Source of the DNA: Actinomycetota bacterium
Lineage (GTDB): Bacteria; Actinomycetota; Acidimicrobiia; Acidimicrobiales; VFJN01
NCBI GenBank assembly: GCA_046734715.1
Contig: JBKPRV010000352.1
Location: 1-35,661, forward strand
Length of the DNA stretch: 35,661 nt
Reading direction: 5' to 3'
Shown here: piece after piece, positions 15,014 to 23,501 of the stretch
Position numbering within the stretch: the first letter of the stretch is position 1
How the letters are laid out: each line of letters starts with the position of its first letter
Notes under the pieces: model-generated
The model's database searches: none
What the model was told of the DNA's origin: nothing
What the model saw: only the letters and a program-made list of their open reading frames with translations
Program-made: the position numbers and the translations under genes

Positions 15014-15081
15014 GAGGCCGGTAAGGCGTTCGGGCGAGCCGGTAAGGCGTTTGGGTCGGAGCCGGTAAGGCGTTCGGGTCA
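15014..15081. repeat. Three tandem 22-23-bp direct repeats just upstream of tRNA-Pro
   Basis: The units are GAGGCCGGTAAGGCGTTCGGGC, GAGCCGGTAAGGCGTTTGGGTCG and GAGCCGGTAAGGCGTTCGGGTCA. The shared core is GCCGGTAAGGCGTT(C/T)GGG. Confidence 0.85.
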
Positions 15082-15094
15082 CGCCTGCCGGTGG

Positions 15095-15337
15095 TCAGCC
15101 CACCAGCCAGTGGAAGATCCAGGTGCCGATCTGGATGAACCGCCAGGTCAGGTAGGCGACGATCAGCACCAGCAGGAGCCTGAAGTGCCAGGGGGCCTTC
15201 TTCCTGACCTCCGTGTCGCCGGGCGCGGCTCCGGGCTCCGAGGGGTCGGCGACCACCCGGCCACAGGTGGGGCACGAGCCGTCGGGCTCGAGCGTGTTGG
15301 GGTTGAGGAAGCGGCTGCAGGTCTCGCACCAGGGCAT
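15095..15337 (-). CDS. Small zinc-ribbon membrane protein (hypothetical)
   Basis: The ORF track entry 15095..15385 was trimmed to ATG 15337, with GAGG 5 nt upstream. Translation: MPWCETCSRFLNPNTLEPDGSCPTCGRVV (CxxC-x16-CxxC), then a C-terminal TM helix WHFRLLLVLIVAYLTWRFIQIGTWIF. Confidence 0.65.
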   Translation of the reverse strand: MPWCETCSRFLNPNTLEPDGSCPTCGRVVADPSEPGAAPGDTEVRKKAPWHFRLLLVLIVAYLTWRFIQIGTWIFHWLVG

Positions 15338-15474
15338 GGGCACCTCGGCCGCGGCCGGGGGCCCGTCGTGTTGGGCGCAACCCAAGCGGGGCCCGGCAGC
15401 GGCGACGCGACGCTACGACCTCGCCGCCCGTCGGGGCCACCCGGCCAGCCCAGAGAATGAGCCCGGCGGCGGGG

Positions 15475-17031
15475 TCAGACGGGCGGGACCCCGTGGCGCC
15501 GCGTCGAGAACGCCCGGTCCTTGCCGTCGGCCAGCTCCAGGCGGCGGATCAGCTCGCCCCGGAGGTCGCCGAAGTCGACGACGGCGTCCACCACCAGCTC
15601 GGACGCCAGCCGGTAGAGGTCCACGTCGGCCTCGTACGCCTCGCGTTCGGCGGCCACGAAGGCCGATCGCTCGGCCTCGTCGGCCATGGCCGCGATGCGG
15701 TTGGCGTACACCGCGTTGACCGCTGCCTCCGGGCCCATCACCGCGATGCGGGCCGTGGGCAGAGCCAGGGTGGCCTCGGGCTCGAAGGCCGGGCCGGACA
15801 TGGCATACAGCCCGGCGCCGTAGGCCTTGCGGACGATGACCGACACCTTGGGCACCGTGGCCTCGCTGACGGCGGTGACCATCTTGGCGCCGTGGCGGAT
15901 GATCCCGGCCCGCTCCACCTCGGTGCCCACCATGAACCCGGGCACGTCGGCCAGGAACACCAGGGGGATGTTGAAGGCGTCGCACAGCCAGATGAAGCGG
16001 GCGCACTTGTCGGCCGAGTCGACGAACAGCACCCCGCCCTTCTGCGCCGGGTTGTTGGCCACGACGCCGACCGGCCGGCCGTCGAGCAGCGCCAGCCCGG
16101 TGATCACCTCGGGTGCGAACAGCGGCATGCGCTCGAAGAACGACTCGCCGTCCACGAGGGCGTCGATGACGTCGTGCATGTCGTAGGCCCGCTGCTCCTC
16201 GGCGGGGACCATCGAGGCCCTCAGCTCCCGCGCCGGGGGCCGCGGCTCGAAGCGGGGCGGTGCCTCGCGCCAGTTCTGCGGGAAGTAGTTGAACCAGGCC
16301 CGGGCCGCGTCCAGGGCGTCCTCGTCGTCGGTCACCAGGTTGTCGCCGCAGCCCGACACGGTGGCGTGCATACGGGCCCCGCCCATCTCCTCCAGCGACG
16401 TCACCTCGCCGATGACCATCTCGGCCATGCGAGGCGAGCCGAGGTACATGGAGGCGTTGCCCTCGACCATGAACACCACGTCGCAGAAGCTCGGGATGTA
16501 GGCACCGCCCGCGGCCGACGGGCCGAACAGGCAGCAGATCTGGGGCACCTTCCCCGACAGCCGCACCTGGTTGTAGAAGATGCGGCCCGCGCCCCGACGC
16601 CCGGGGAACAGCTCCACCTGGTCGGTGATGCGGGCACCGGCCGAGTCCACCAGCCAGAACACCGGCAGCTCGTGGCGCAGCGCGTATTCGGTGAGCCGCA
16701 CGATCTTCTCCACCGTGCGGGCCCCCCACGACCCGGCCTTGACCGTGGGGTCGTTGGCCATGACGCAGACGGGCCGGCCCTCGATGCGGCCGACCCCGGT
16801 GACCACGCCGTCGGCCGGCAGGTCCTCGGCCTGGTTGTTGGCCAGCAGGGCGTCCTCCACGAAGGACCCCTTGTCGAGCAGCAGGGCGAGGCGGTCCCGG
16901 ACGAACAGCTTGTTCTGGGCGGCGAGCTTCTCCCCTACCCGGGCGAGGTTCCCCGCCTGGGCGCGCTCGACACGGCGGGTGAGGTCGGCGCTGGTGTGGG
17001 GCCCAGGCTGGGTGTCGTCCGGCGCGGCCAC
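15475..17031 (-). CDS. Acyl-CoA carboxylase carboxyltransferase (beta) subunit
   Basis: ORF track 518 aa, starting at GTG 17031. Typical AccD/PccB family blocks are present: GKLFVRDRL..LLD.GSF.E, GRPV.VMANDPTVKAGSWG, FGPSAAGGAYIP, GGARMH, VANNPAQKGGVL and FLADVPGFMVG. Confidence 0.9.
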   Translation of the reverse strand: MAAPDDTQPGPHTSADLTRRVERAQAGNLARVGEKLAAQNKLFVRDRLALLLDKGSFVEDALLANNQAEDLPADGVVTGVGRIEGRPVCVMANDPTVKAGSWGARTVEKIVRLTEYALRHELPVFWLVDSAGARITDQVELFPGRRGAGRIFYNQVRLSGKVPQICCLFGPSAAGGAYIPSFCDVVFMVEGNASMYLGSPRMAEMVIGEVTSLEEMGGARMHATVSGCGDNLVTDDEDALDAARAWFNYFPQNWREAPPRFEPRPPARELRASMVPAEEQRAYDMHDVIDALVDGESFFERMPLFAPEVITGLALLDGRPVGVVANNPAQKGGVLFVDSADKCARFIWLCDAFNIPLVFLADVPGFMVGTEVERAGIIRHGAKMVTAVSEATVPKVSVIVRKAYGAGLYAMSGPAFEPEATLALPTARIAVMGPEAAVNAVYANRIAAMADEAERSAFVAAEREAYEADVDLYRLASELVVDAVVDFGDLRGELIRRLELADGKDRAFSTRRHGVPPV

Positions 17032-17032
17032 G

Positions 17033-18112
17033 TCAGCCGCGGCGGATGGCCAGGATCGCCAGGTCGTCGCCGATGGTCTCCGAGGCGAAGTCCCGCGCCG
17101 CTTCCAGCAGGTTCTTGCACAGCACGCCGGCCTCCACGTTGGGGTCGCGCCGCAGCGAGTTGGCGATGCGCTCCTCGCCGAACATCTGGTCGCCGTTGCG
17201 CACCTCGGCCAGGCCGTCGGTGTAGAGCAGCAGCAGGTCGCCGGTGTTCAGCGGGATCTCCCGGGAGTGGTAGTGCCCGTTGGGATCGAGCATGAGCAGC
17301 GGGCCGGTGGACCGCAGGGGCCGGACCTCGCGGTCGTGCCACAGCCAGGCCGCGGGATGGCCGGCGGAGGCGAAGCGGAGGGTGCCCGCGTCGGTGTCGA
17401 ACACCACCACGACCAGGGAGATGAACTCCTCGGTGCGCTCGGGCGCGGCCATCTGGCGGTTGAGCTCCTCCAGCGCCTGGGCCGGGTCGCGGTACTGGCG
17501 CAGGAACACCCTGAGCAGGTACTTGGCCTGGAAGGCGGTGATGGAGGCCTCGATGCCCCGCCCGGTGACGTCGCCGATGACCGCGGCGATGCGCGACGGC
17601 GCCACCCGGAACACGTCGTAGAAGTCGCCGGCCATGACGCCGGTGCCCGCCTGGTAGACGCGCCCCAGCTCGAAGCCGGCGAAGTCGGGCAGCTCTTCGG
17701 GCGCCAGGCGGGCCGCCCAGCGCTTCGGGGCCAGCTCCTCCTGGTTGAGGACCTCCTCGGCCCGGCGTTCGAGCTTGGTGCGGTCCTCGGCCAGGCGGGC
17801 CTCGCGGGCGAAGTCGCGCCCGAAGGCGATCGACAGCGAGACGGGGACGAGGATGAGCACGAACAGCAGGCTGGGCACGGCGCGCTCGCCGGTGGCCGCC
17901 ACTGTGGCCGCGGCCAGCGCCAGCACCCCGTAGAGGCAGGTCGCGTGCAGGTCTTTGCGGAAGGCCGAGCGCGCCAGAATGGTCACGTCGGCATCGGGGC
18001 CGTGCTCGTTCTCCACGCGCTTCCAGACGACGTGCAACCGTCGTGTGGAGCGGGCCCAAACCAGGGCTGCGACGAGCGAGGCGACCCCAACGAGGGCCAG
18101 GATCGGCGTCAT
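17033..18112 (-). CDS. Membrane-anchored PP2C/SpoIIE-family serine phosphatase (RsbU-like)
   Basis: The ORF track entry 17033..18145 starts at GTG. ATG 18112 is preferred because the codons upstream of it are GC3-poor. There are three N-terminal hydrophobic segments. The phosphatase motifs are AGDFYDV, IGDVTGRGIEAS, FASAGHP and LLLYTDGL.E. The stop lies 1 nt before the carboxylase start. Confidence 0.82.
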   Translation of the reverse strand: MTPILALVGVASLVAALVWARSTRRLHVVWKRVENEHGPDADVTILARSAFRKDLHATCLYGVLALAAATVAATGERAVPSLLFVLILVPVSLSIAFGRDFAREARLAEDRTKLERRAEEVLNQEELAPKRWAARLAPEELPDFAGFELGRVYQAGTGVMAGDFYDVFRVAPSRIAAVIGDVTGRGIEASITAFQAKYLLRVFLRQYRDPAQALEELNRQMAAPERTEEFISLVVVVFDTDAGTLRFASAGHPAAWLWHDREVRPLRSTGPLLMLDPNGHYHSREIPLNTGDLLLLYTDGLAEVRNGDQMFGEERIANSLRRDPNVEAGVLCKNLLEAARDFASETIGDDLAILAIRRG

Positions 18113-18169
18113 GTCGCCGCTGACTCTAGTGGCGGCGTGAGACACCGGGTACCGACTGTCACGAGGCTG

Positions 18170-19480
18170 TCACTCACCGCGCCTCCGGACCCGCAGCTTG
18201 ACCGCCGTCGCGCCGAGGTCGAACGCCTCCCGCAGCTTGCGCTCGAGGTAGCGCATGTACGGCTGGGGCAAGTCCCGGTTGACAAACAGGGTGAACGTGG
18301 GCGGATTGGTCGCCCCCTGGGTGGCGTACAGCACCCGGGCACCGCCCGGGGCGGCCTGGGCCAGCTGGGCGTCGCGGATGACGGCGTTGACCTTGGCCGT
18401 GGGTATGCGCCGCCGGTAGGCGTCCACACTGGCCTCCAGGGCCGGGAACAGCTTGTGCACGCCCTTGCCCGACAGGGCGCTGACCGGCAGCACCGGGGCG
18501 TCGCCGATGAACCGCAGCCGCTCGGACACCTGCCAGCGCAGGTCGGCCCGGGCATCGGCGTCGAGCAGGTCCCACTTGTTGAGCATCACCACGATGGGGC
18601 TGCCGGCGGCGTCGATGCGCTCGGCCAGCCGCTGGTCCTGCCCGGTGACGCCGTCGGTGGCGTCGATGACCAGCAGGGCGACATCGGCGTCGTCCACCGC
18701 CTGCAGCGCCCGCACGAGCGAGTAGTACTCGGTGCCCTCGTCGATCTTGGAGCGGCGCCGCATGCCGGCGGTGTCGACCAGCCGCAGCGGCCCCAGCTCG
18801 GTCTCGACCACCGTGTCGATGGTGTCGCGGGTGGTGCCCGGCAGGTCGTGGACCACGGCCCGCTCGTCGCCGGTGAGGCGGTTGAACAGGGTCGACTTGC
18901 CCACGTTGGGCCGGCCGACGATGGCGACCGCCACGGCGTCGTCGTCGCCGCCAGACTCGTCCTCCGGCGCCTCGTCCGGCTCGGCCGGCGGGAAGTGCGC
19001 CACCACCGCGTCCAGCAGGTCGCCGGTCCCCCGCCCGTGCAGGGCGCTCACCGGGTAGGGCTCGCCCAGGCCGAGGGCCATCAGCTCCCACATCTGGTGC
19101 TCGCGGCCGGTGTCGTCCACCTTGTTGGCCACCAGCAGGGTCGGCTTGCCCGAGGCCCGCAGCAGGCCGGCGACCCGGGCGTCGTCCTCGGTGGAGCCGG
19201 TGACGACGTCCACCACGAACAGCACGACGTCGGCGTCGGCGATGGCCCGCTCGGACTGGGCGCTGACCTTGGCGTCGAGGTCGGTGCCGCCCACCATCCA
19301 GCCGCCGGTGTCGATGAGCCGGAAGGTCCGGCCGAGCCAGTCGGCCTCGACGTCCTTGCGGTCGCGGGTGACCCCCGACCGCTCCTCCACGATGGCGGCG
19401 CGCCGGCCCAGGATGCGGTTGAGCAGGGTGGACTTGCCCACATTGGGCCGCCCCACGATGGCGACGACGGGGAGTGCCAT
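18170..19480 (-). CDS. der: Ribosome-associated GTPase Der (EngA)
   Basis: ORF track 436 aa. It has two tandem G domains (VAIVGRPNVGKSTLLN and VAIVGRPNVGKSTLFN; DTGG, DTAG; NKVD, NKWD) plus a KH-like C-terminus. Confidence 0.95.
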   Translation of the reverse strand: MALPVVAIVGRPNVGKSTLLNRILGRRAAIVEERSGVTRDRKDVEADWLGRTFRLIDTGGWMVGGTDLDAKVSAQSERAIADADVVLFVVDVVTGSTEDDARVAGLLRASGKPTLLVANKVDDTGREHQMWELMALGLGEPYPVSALHGRGTGDLLDAVVAHFPPAEPDEAPEDESGGDDDAVAVAIVGRPNVGKSTLFNRLTGDERAVVHDLPGTTRDTIDTVVETELGPLRLVDTAGMRRRSKIDEGTEYYSLVRALQAVDDADVALLVIDATDGVTGQDQRLAERIDAAGSPIVVMLNKWDLLDADARADLRWQVSERLRFIGDAPVLPVSALSGKGVHKLFPALEASVDAYRRRIPTAKVNAVIRDAQLAQAAPGGARVLYATQGATNPPTFTLFVNRDLPQPYMRYLERKLREAFDLGATAVKLRVRRRGE

Positions 19481-19481
19481 G

Positions 19482-20933
19482 TCAGCTTCCCGATCCGAGC
19501 GCGGCCCGCAGGGCGTGGCCGTCGGTGGGGACGATCTCGACCGGCCGGGGCAGGTCGGCGGGGGCGGTGCCGTCCAGGAACACGCCCCGGGTCAGGCACA
19601 CGTCGGGCAGCAGGTAGCGGTGGCCCTCGGGCTCGGCCGCCAGCACCCGGGCCAGGTCCTCCCCCACCATGAGCCCGGCCACGCCGACGTTGCCGCCGAA
19701 GTAGCGGTTCTCGACCGTCAAGATGCGGACGTCGGGGCGGCCCAGCTCGGCCAGCAGCGGGGCCAGCACCCGGGCGCCGTAGGGCCCGGTCAGGACCGCC
19801 ACCGGGGCGTGGCGGGACGGCCCGATGCGCAGCAGCTGGTCCCCGAGCGCCCGGACGGCCCGGTAGGGCTCGTACTCGGAGTCGCTCGAGCCCGACACGT
19901 CGAGGCCGGCCGAGCAGCCGCCGTCGGCGGAATGGAAGAAGCCGCCGCGGTCGGGATCGTCCTCGCGCCGGGGGGTGGCGCCCGGCCGCTCCAGCAGCTC
20001 GGCCTCGAAGGCGCGGGCCATGCCGATGCCGTCCTCGTGCATGGGGAAGTCGCCGTAGTCGGCCGCGGGCGGGAAAGGCCGGTCGGCCAGCAGGTAGTAC
20101 TCGTCGGCCGCGTACACCAGGCGCCGTCCGAGGACGGTCAGGTAGACGTCCTGCCAGTCGGCCACCGCGTCCACCACCGCCGCCGCCTCGGCCCGGGTAT
20201 GGGGCCGCATGCGGGCCTCGGTGTTGAACCGGGACAAGCCCAGCGGCACCACGCACAGCGAGGCCAGCTCGGGGTAGCGGTCGAGCACCCCGGCCAGGGT
20301 GTCGTCCAGCAACGCGCCGTCGTTGACCCCCGGGCACACCACCACCTGGCCGTGGACCTCGACTCCGTGGTCGAGCAGGGCCCGCAGCCAGCGCAGGCTG
20401 GTGGCCCCCCGGCGGTTGCGCAGCATGGCCGAGCGCACCTCGGGGTCGGTGGCGTGGATGCTGACGTACAGCGGGCTCAGGCCCTCGGTCACCACCCGCT
20501 CCAGGTCGGCCTCGGTGAACCGGGTCAGGGTGGTGAAGTTCCCGTACAGGAACGACAGCCGGTAGTCGTCGTCCTTCAGGTAGAGAGACCTGCGTAAACC
20601 GTGCTTTCCGCTCCCACCGCCGCTCGGGCGGGGCGGCAGCTGGTAGATGAAGCAGAACTCGCAGTGGTTGTCGCAGGTCCGCACCCGGTCGAACAGCGCC
20701 GAGTGGACCTCGACCCCCAGCGGCTCGCCCGCGGCCTTGCCGATCTCCACCAGGGACTCCAGCCCGCCCCGCCGCACCTCCAGGGCGAGGTCGGCCTCGT
20801 CCACGAGCGACCGCCACTCCAGCAGGTCACGGGGGACGTCCCCGTTGATCGAGACGATCTCGTCGCCCTCCGCCAGGCCCGCGCGCGCGGCCGGCGACGC
20901 GGGCGCGACGGCGACGACACGGGGTGCGGACAT
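19482..20933 (-). CDS. PDZ + radical-SAM-like DUF512 family protein
   Basis: ORF track 483 aa. The N-terminus is PDZ-like (AGLAEGDEIVSINGDVP). It carries a CDNHCEFC (CxxxCxxC) cluster motif and ...LYVSIHATDPEVR, with a DUF512-type C-terminus. The stop lies 1 nt before the der start. Confidence 0.75.
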   Translation of the reverse strand: MSAPRVVAVAPASPAARAGLAEGDEIVSINGDVPRDLLEWRSLVDEADLALEVRRGGLESLVEIGKAAGEPLGVEVHSALFDRVRTCDNHCEFCFIYQLPPRPSGGGSGKHGLRRSLYLKDDDYRLSFLYGNFTTLTRFTEADLERVVTEGLSPLYVSIHATDPEVRSAMLRNRRGATSLRWLRALLDHGVEVHGQVVVCPGVNDGALLDDTLAGVLDRYPELASLCVVPLGLSRFNTEARMRPHTRAEAAAVVDAVADWQDVYLTVLGRRLVYAADEYYLLADRPFPPAADYGDFPMHEDGIGMARAFEAELLERPGATPRREDDPDRGGFFHSADGGCSAGLDVSGSSDSEYEPYRAVRALGDQLLRIGPSRHAPVAVLTGPYGARVLAPLLAELGRPDVRILTVENRYFGGNVGVAGLMVGEDLARVLAAEPEGHRYLLPDVCLTRGVFLDGTAPADLPRPVEIVPTDGHALRAALGSGS

Positions 20934-20951
20934 AGGGGTGACAGTCTACGG

Positions 20952-21671
20952 CTACTCCGCGTGGACCAGGTCCGGGTCCAGCGCGCCCGAGCGGGCCAGC
21001 CAGCGGCCGATCTCCCCCGAGACGTTGCGGCCGATGGCGATGGCCGGGGCGTCGTGGGCCGCGGCGATCTTCTCGTTGACCCGCTCGATGGCCTTGCGGG
21101 TCGAGTCGCGGGACCGGCCCAGGCGGCCGGCGGCGTCGTCGTGGGAGCGGGGCTCCAGGGTGGCGGGCCGGGGCAGGCGGGCGAAGTCGTCGTAGTAGGC
21201 GGCGATCACGCTGCGCTCCAGCGGCGTGAAGCTCAACGCGATCGTCATGTCGAAGCCGGCGGTCGGCTCCTCGTCCTCGGCGTCCGGTCCCGGCGGCGGA
21301 CCGGTCACGGCCGCGGGGCCCAGGTGGTCGCCGGTCACGCACACCACGTGGAAGCGGTGGTCCGGGCGGCCCATGGCGTAGCTCCAGCGGTGGCGGACGG
21401 GCGCCCACGGCCGGCCGGGCTCCAGCGGCACCTCCTCGTAGCCCGGCTCGTACACCGACAGCAGCCCGGGGCGCTGGGACACGTTCAGCGTCACCCAGCG
21501 GGTCCCGTCCCAGCGGATCACCGCGTGCTCCTTGGAGACGGTCCAGCGCCCGCCGACCAGCTGGTGCCCGACACGGATGTCGTTGGCACGGCCCCGGCCG
21601 ATGTGCACCACGTGGCCGCGCTCGAAGCTCGCGGTCCACGGCCCGGGATGGATGCGGACGCGTATGGTCAC
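20952..21671 (-). CDS. FHA-like domain protein fused to a sigma-region-4/LuxR-like HTH segment
   Basis: The ORF track entry 20952..22979 was trimmed to GTG 21671 (GTGA overlap with the PP2C stop). The N-terminus HIGRGRANDIRVG....VSKEHAVIRWDGTRWVTLNVS has the FHA GR...SxxH hallmarks, but the usual NG is replaced. The C-terminus reads LSFTPLERSVIAAYYDD....AAGRLGRSRDSTRKAIERVNEKI. Confidence 0.6.
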   Translation of the reverse strand: MTIRVRIHPGPWTASFERGHVVHIGRGRANDIRVGHQLVGGRWTVSKEHAVIRWDGTRWVTLNVSQRPGLLSVYEPGYEEVPLEPGRPWAPVRHRWSYAMGRPDHRFHVVCVTGDHLGPAAVTGPPPGPDAEDEEPTAGFDMTIALSFTPLERSVIAAYYDDFARLPRPATLEPRSHDDAAGRLGRSRDSTRKAIERVNEKIAAAHDAPAIAIGRNVSGEIGRWLARSGALDPDLVHAE

Positions 21672-22390
21672 GCGTCCTGGCGTACCACCACAGCGGTCAC
21701 GTTGTCGGTGCTTCCCGCGTCCAGGGCCGCGTCGACCAGCCGCTGGGCCGCCGCGTCGGCGGAGGCGGCCGCCCGGACGATGCGGCCGATCTCGGCGTCG
21801 TCCAGCGCGTCGATGCCGTCCGACGCCAGCACGAGGACGTCCCCCGGGAACAGCGCCACGTGGGCCACGTCGGGGGCGACGACGTCGGCCGCGCCCATCG
21901 CCCGGGTGATCACGTGGCGCCCCGGGTGGGTGCGGGCCTCGGCCCGGGAGATCACGCCCGCCCGCACCAGCTCGGCCGCGGCGTTGTCGTCGTCGGTGAC
22001 GCGGGTGACGCGTTCGGCCGTCGCCAGCCAGGCGGGCGAGTCCCCGACCCCCGCCACCAGCCACAGGCTGCCCGCGGTCCGATCGGCGGCCAGCGCCGCC
22101 AGGGTGAGCGTGGCCGCCATGGACGCCACCGTGGGATCGTCCCGCTGGCCGGCGCGTACGGCCTCGTTGGCGTCCTGCACCGCGGTTTGCACCACGCGGT
22201 CGTCGACCCGCCCGGCCGACGCCTCCAGGCGCGCCACGGCCGCCTTCACCGTCAGGGTCGCAGCTCGAGCGCCGCCTCGCAGCCCGCCGGCACCGTCGCT
22301 CACCATCACCCAGCCGTCCGCCACCGCCATCCGGTCCTGGTTGTCCGGGCGCCGCCCCCTGGCCGTGGCCCAACCGCTCTCGAACCCCAT
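21668..22390 (-). CDS. PP2C-family Ser/Thr protein phosphatase (cytoplasmic)
   Basis: The ORF track entry 21668..22537 was trimmed to ATG 22390, because the extension would overlap the divergent ispH start. Motifs: RGRRPDNQDR, VSDGAGG, MAATL, GDS, VLASDG and GSTDNVTAVVV. Confidence 0.85.
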   Translation of the reverse strand: MGFESGWATARGRRPDNQDRMAVADGWVMVSDGAGGLRGGARAATLTVKAAVARLEASAGRVDDRVVQTAVQDANEAVRAGQRDDPTVASMAATLTLAALAADRTAGSLWLVAGVGDSPAWLATAERVTRVTDDDNAAAELVRAGVISRAEARTHPGRHVITRAMGAADVVAPDVAHVALFPGDVLVLASDGIDALDDAEIGRIVRAAASADAAAQRLVDAALDAGSTDNVTAVVVRQDA

Positions 22391-22460
22391 GGCCCAGAAG
22401 TAGCCCGGCCGGGCGCTCGCCGCTAGGGCCAGGTGTGGCCCCCGCCGGGCCCTCGGTAGG

Positions 22461-23501
22461 GTGGCGGCGATGCCCGTCGACAAGGTCCTCCTCGCCGCGC
22501 CCCGAGGCTTCTGCGCGGGGGTGGAGATGGCCATCAAGGCCCTGGCCTGGATGGTGCGGGCCTTCGAGCCGCCGGTGTACTGCTACCACGAGATCGTCCA
22601 CAACCAGGGCGTGGTCGACCGCTTCCGGGACCTGGGCGTGGTGTTCGTCGACGACATCGCCGAGGTGCCCGAGGGCCGGCCCATCATGCTGTCCGCCCAC
22701 GGCTCGGCCCCCGAGGTGGTCGCGGCGGCCCGGGACCGCGGCAGCTACGTCGTCAACGCGGTGTGCCCGCTGGTGACCAAGGTCCACCATGAGGTCAAGA
22801 CCCGGGCCGGCAAGGGCTACCGCATCGTCTACGTGGGCCACGAGGGCCACGAGGAGGCGGTGGGGACCATGGCGGTGGCGCCCGAGGCCATCGACATGGT
22901 CGAGTCCGTGGCCGACGTGGACGCCCTGCCGGCGTCCGAGCAGCCGGTGGCGCTGTTGGCCCAGACCACCCTGTCCCATCGGGACTGGTCGGCCGTGGCC
23001 GAGCGCGCCGCGGAGCGCTTCCCCGGCCTGTGGCGCCCGGGACGGTCCGACCTGTGCTTCGCCACCACCAACCGCCAGTCGGCGCTGGCCGAGATCGCCA
23101 CCCGCTGCGACGCGGTGGTGGTGATCGGGTCGGCCAACTCGTCCAACACCCGGGCGCTGGAGAAGCTGGCCCGCGAGTCGGGCTGCGCCCGGGTCTACCG
23201 GGTGAACGGGCCCGGCGAGCTGCCCGACGACCTCGCCGGCACGGTCGGCGTGACCGCCGGGGCCTCCGCTCCCGAGAGCGTGGTGGAGGCCGTGATCGCC
23301 CGCCTGGGCCCGCGCGACGGGGTCGAGGAGGTCAGCATCACCGAGGAGGACGAGTACTTCCCGCCGCCCCGCGAGCTGCGCGACCTGCTGGCGGGCGTGG
23401 ACGTGCTCGCCACCTTCGCGCTGGGCGGCTCGGTTCCCCAGCGCCCGTCGCTGAACGACCGCCAGCTTCAGGCCAGCGACGTGCTCGCCATTCTGGCCTG
23501 A
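22461..23501 (+). CDS. ispH: 4-hydroxy-3-methylbut-2-enyl diphosphate reductase
   Basis: ORF track 346 aa. Matches include LAAPRGFCAGVE.AI, YHEIVHN, SAHG, NAVCPLVTKVH, GHEGHEE, LCFATTNRQ and VIGS.NSSN. The start is GTG 22461 or ATG 22470. Confidence 0.93.
   Translation: MAAMPVDKVLLAAPRGFCAGVEMAIKALAWMVRAFEPPVYCYHEIVHNQGVVDRFRDLGVVFVDDIAEVPEGRPIMLSAHGSAPEVVAAARDRGSYVVNAVCPLVTKVHHEVKTRAGKGYRIVYVGHEGHEEAVGTMAVAPEAIDMVESVADVDALPASEQPVALLAQTTLSHRDWSAVAERAAERFPGLWRPGRSDLCFATTNRQSALAEIATRCDAVVVIGSANSSNTRALEKLARESGCARVYRVNGPGELPDDLAGTVGVTAGASAPESVVEAVIARLGPRDGVEEVSITEEDEYFPPPRELRDLLAGVDVLATFALGGSVPQRPSLNDRQLQASDVLAILA

Noticed and set aside
15014-15081. CRISPR-like array; the same idea was considered for 23493..23598
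   Set aside because: The repeats are directly abutting with no spacers. There are only 2-3 units, and no cas genes occur in the window.
16580-19672. 1030-aa plus-strand ORF, plus the 612-aa ORF at 15457..17295
   Set aside because: Both are antisense shadows of accD, the SpoIIE phosphatase and der. All three of those genes have unambiguous family motifs on the minus strand. The plus-strand translations are Arg/Gly/Pro-rich with no recognisable domains.
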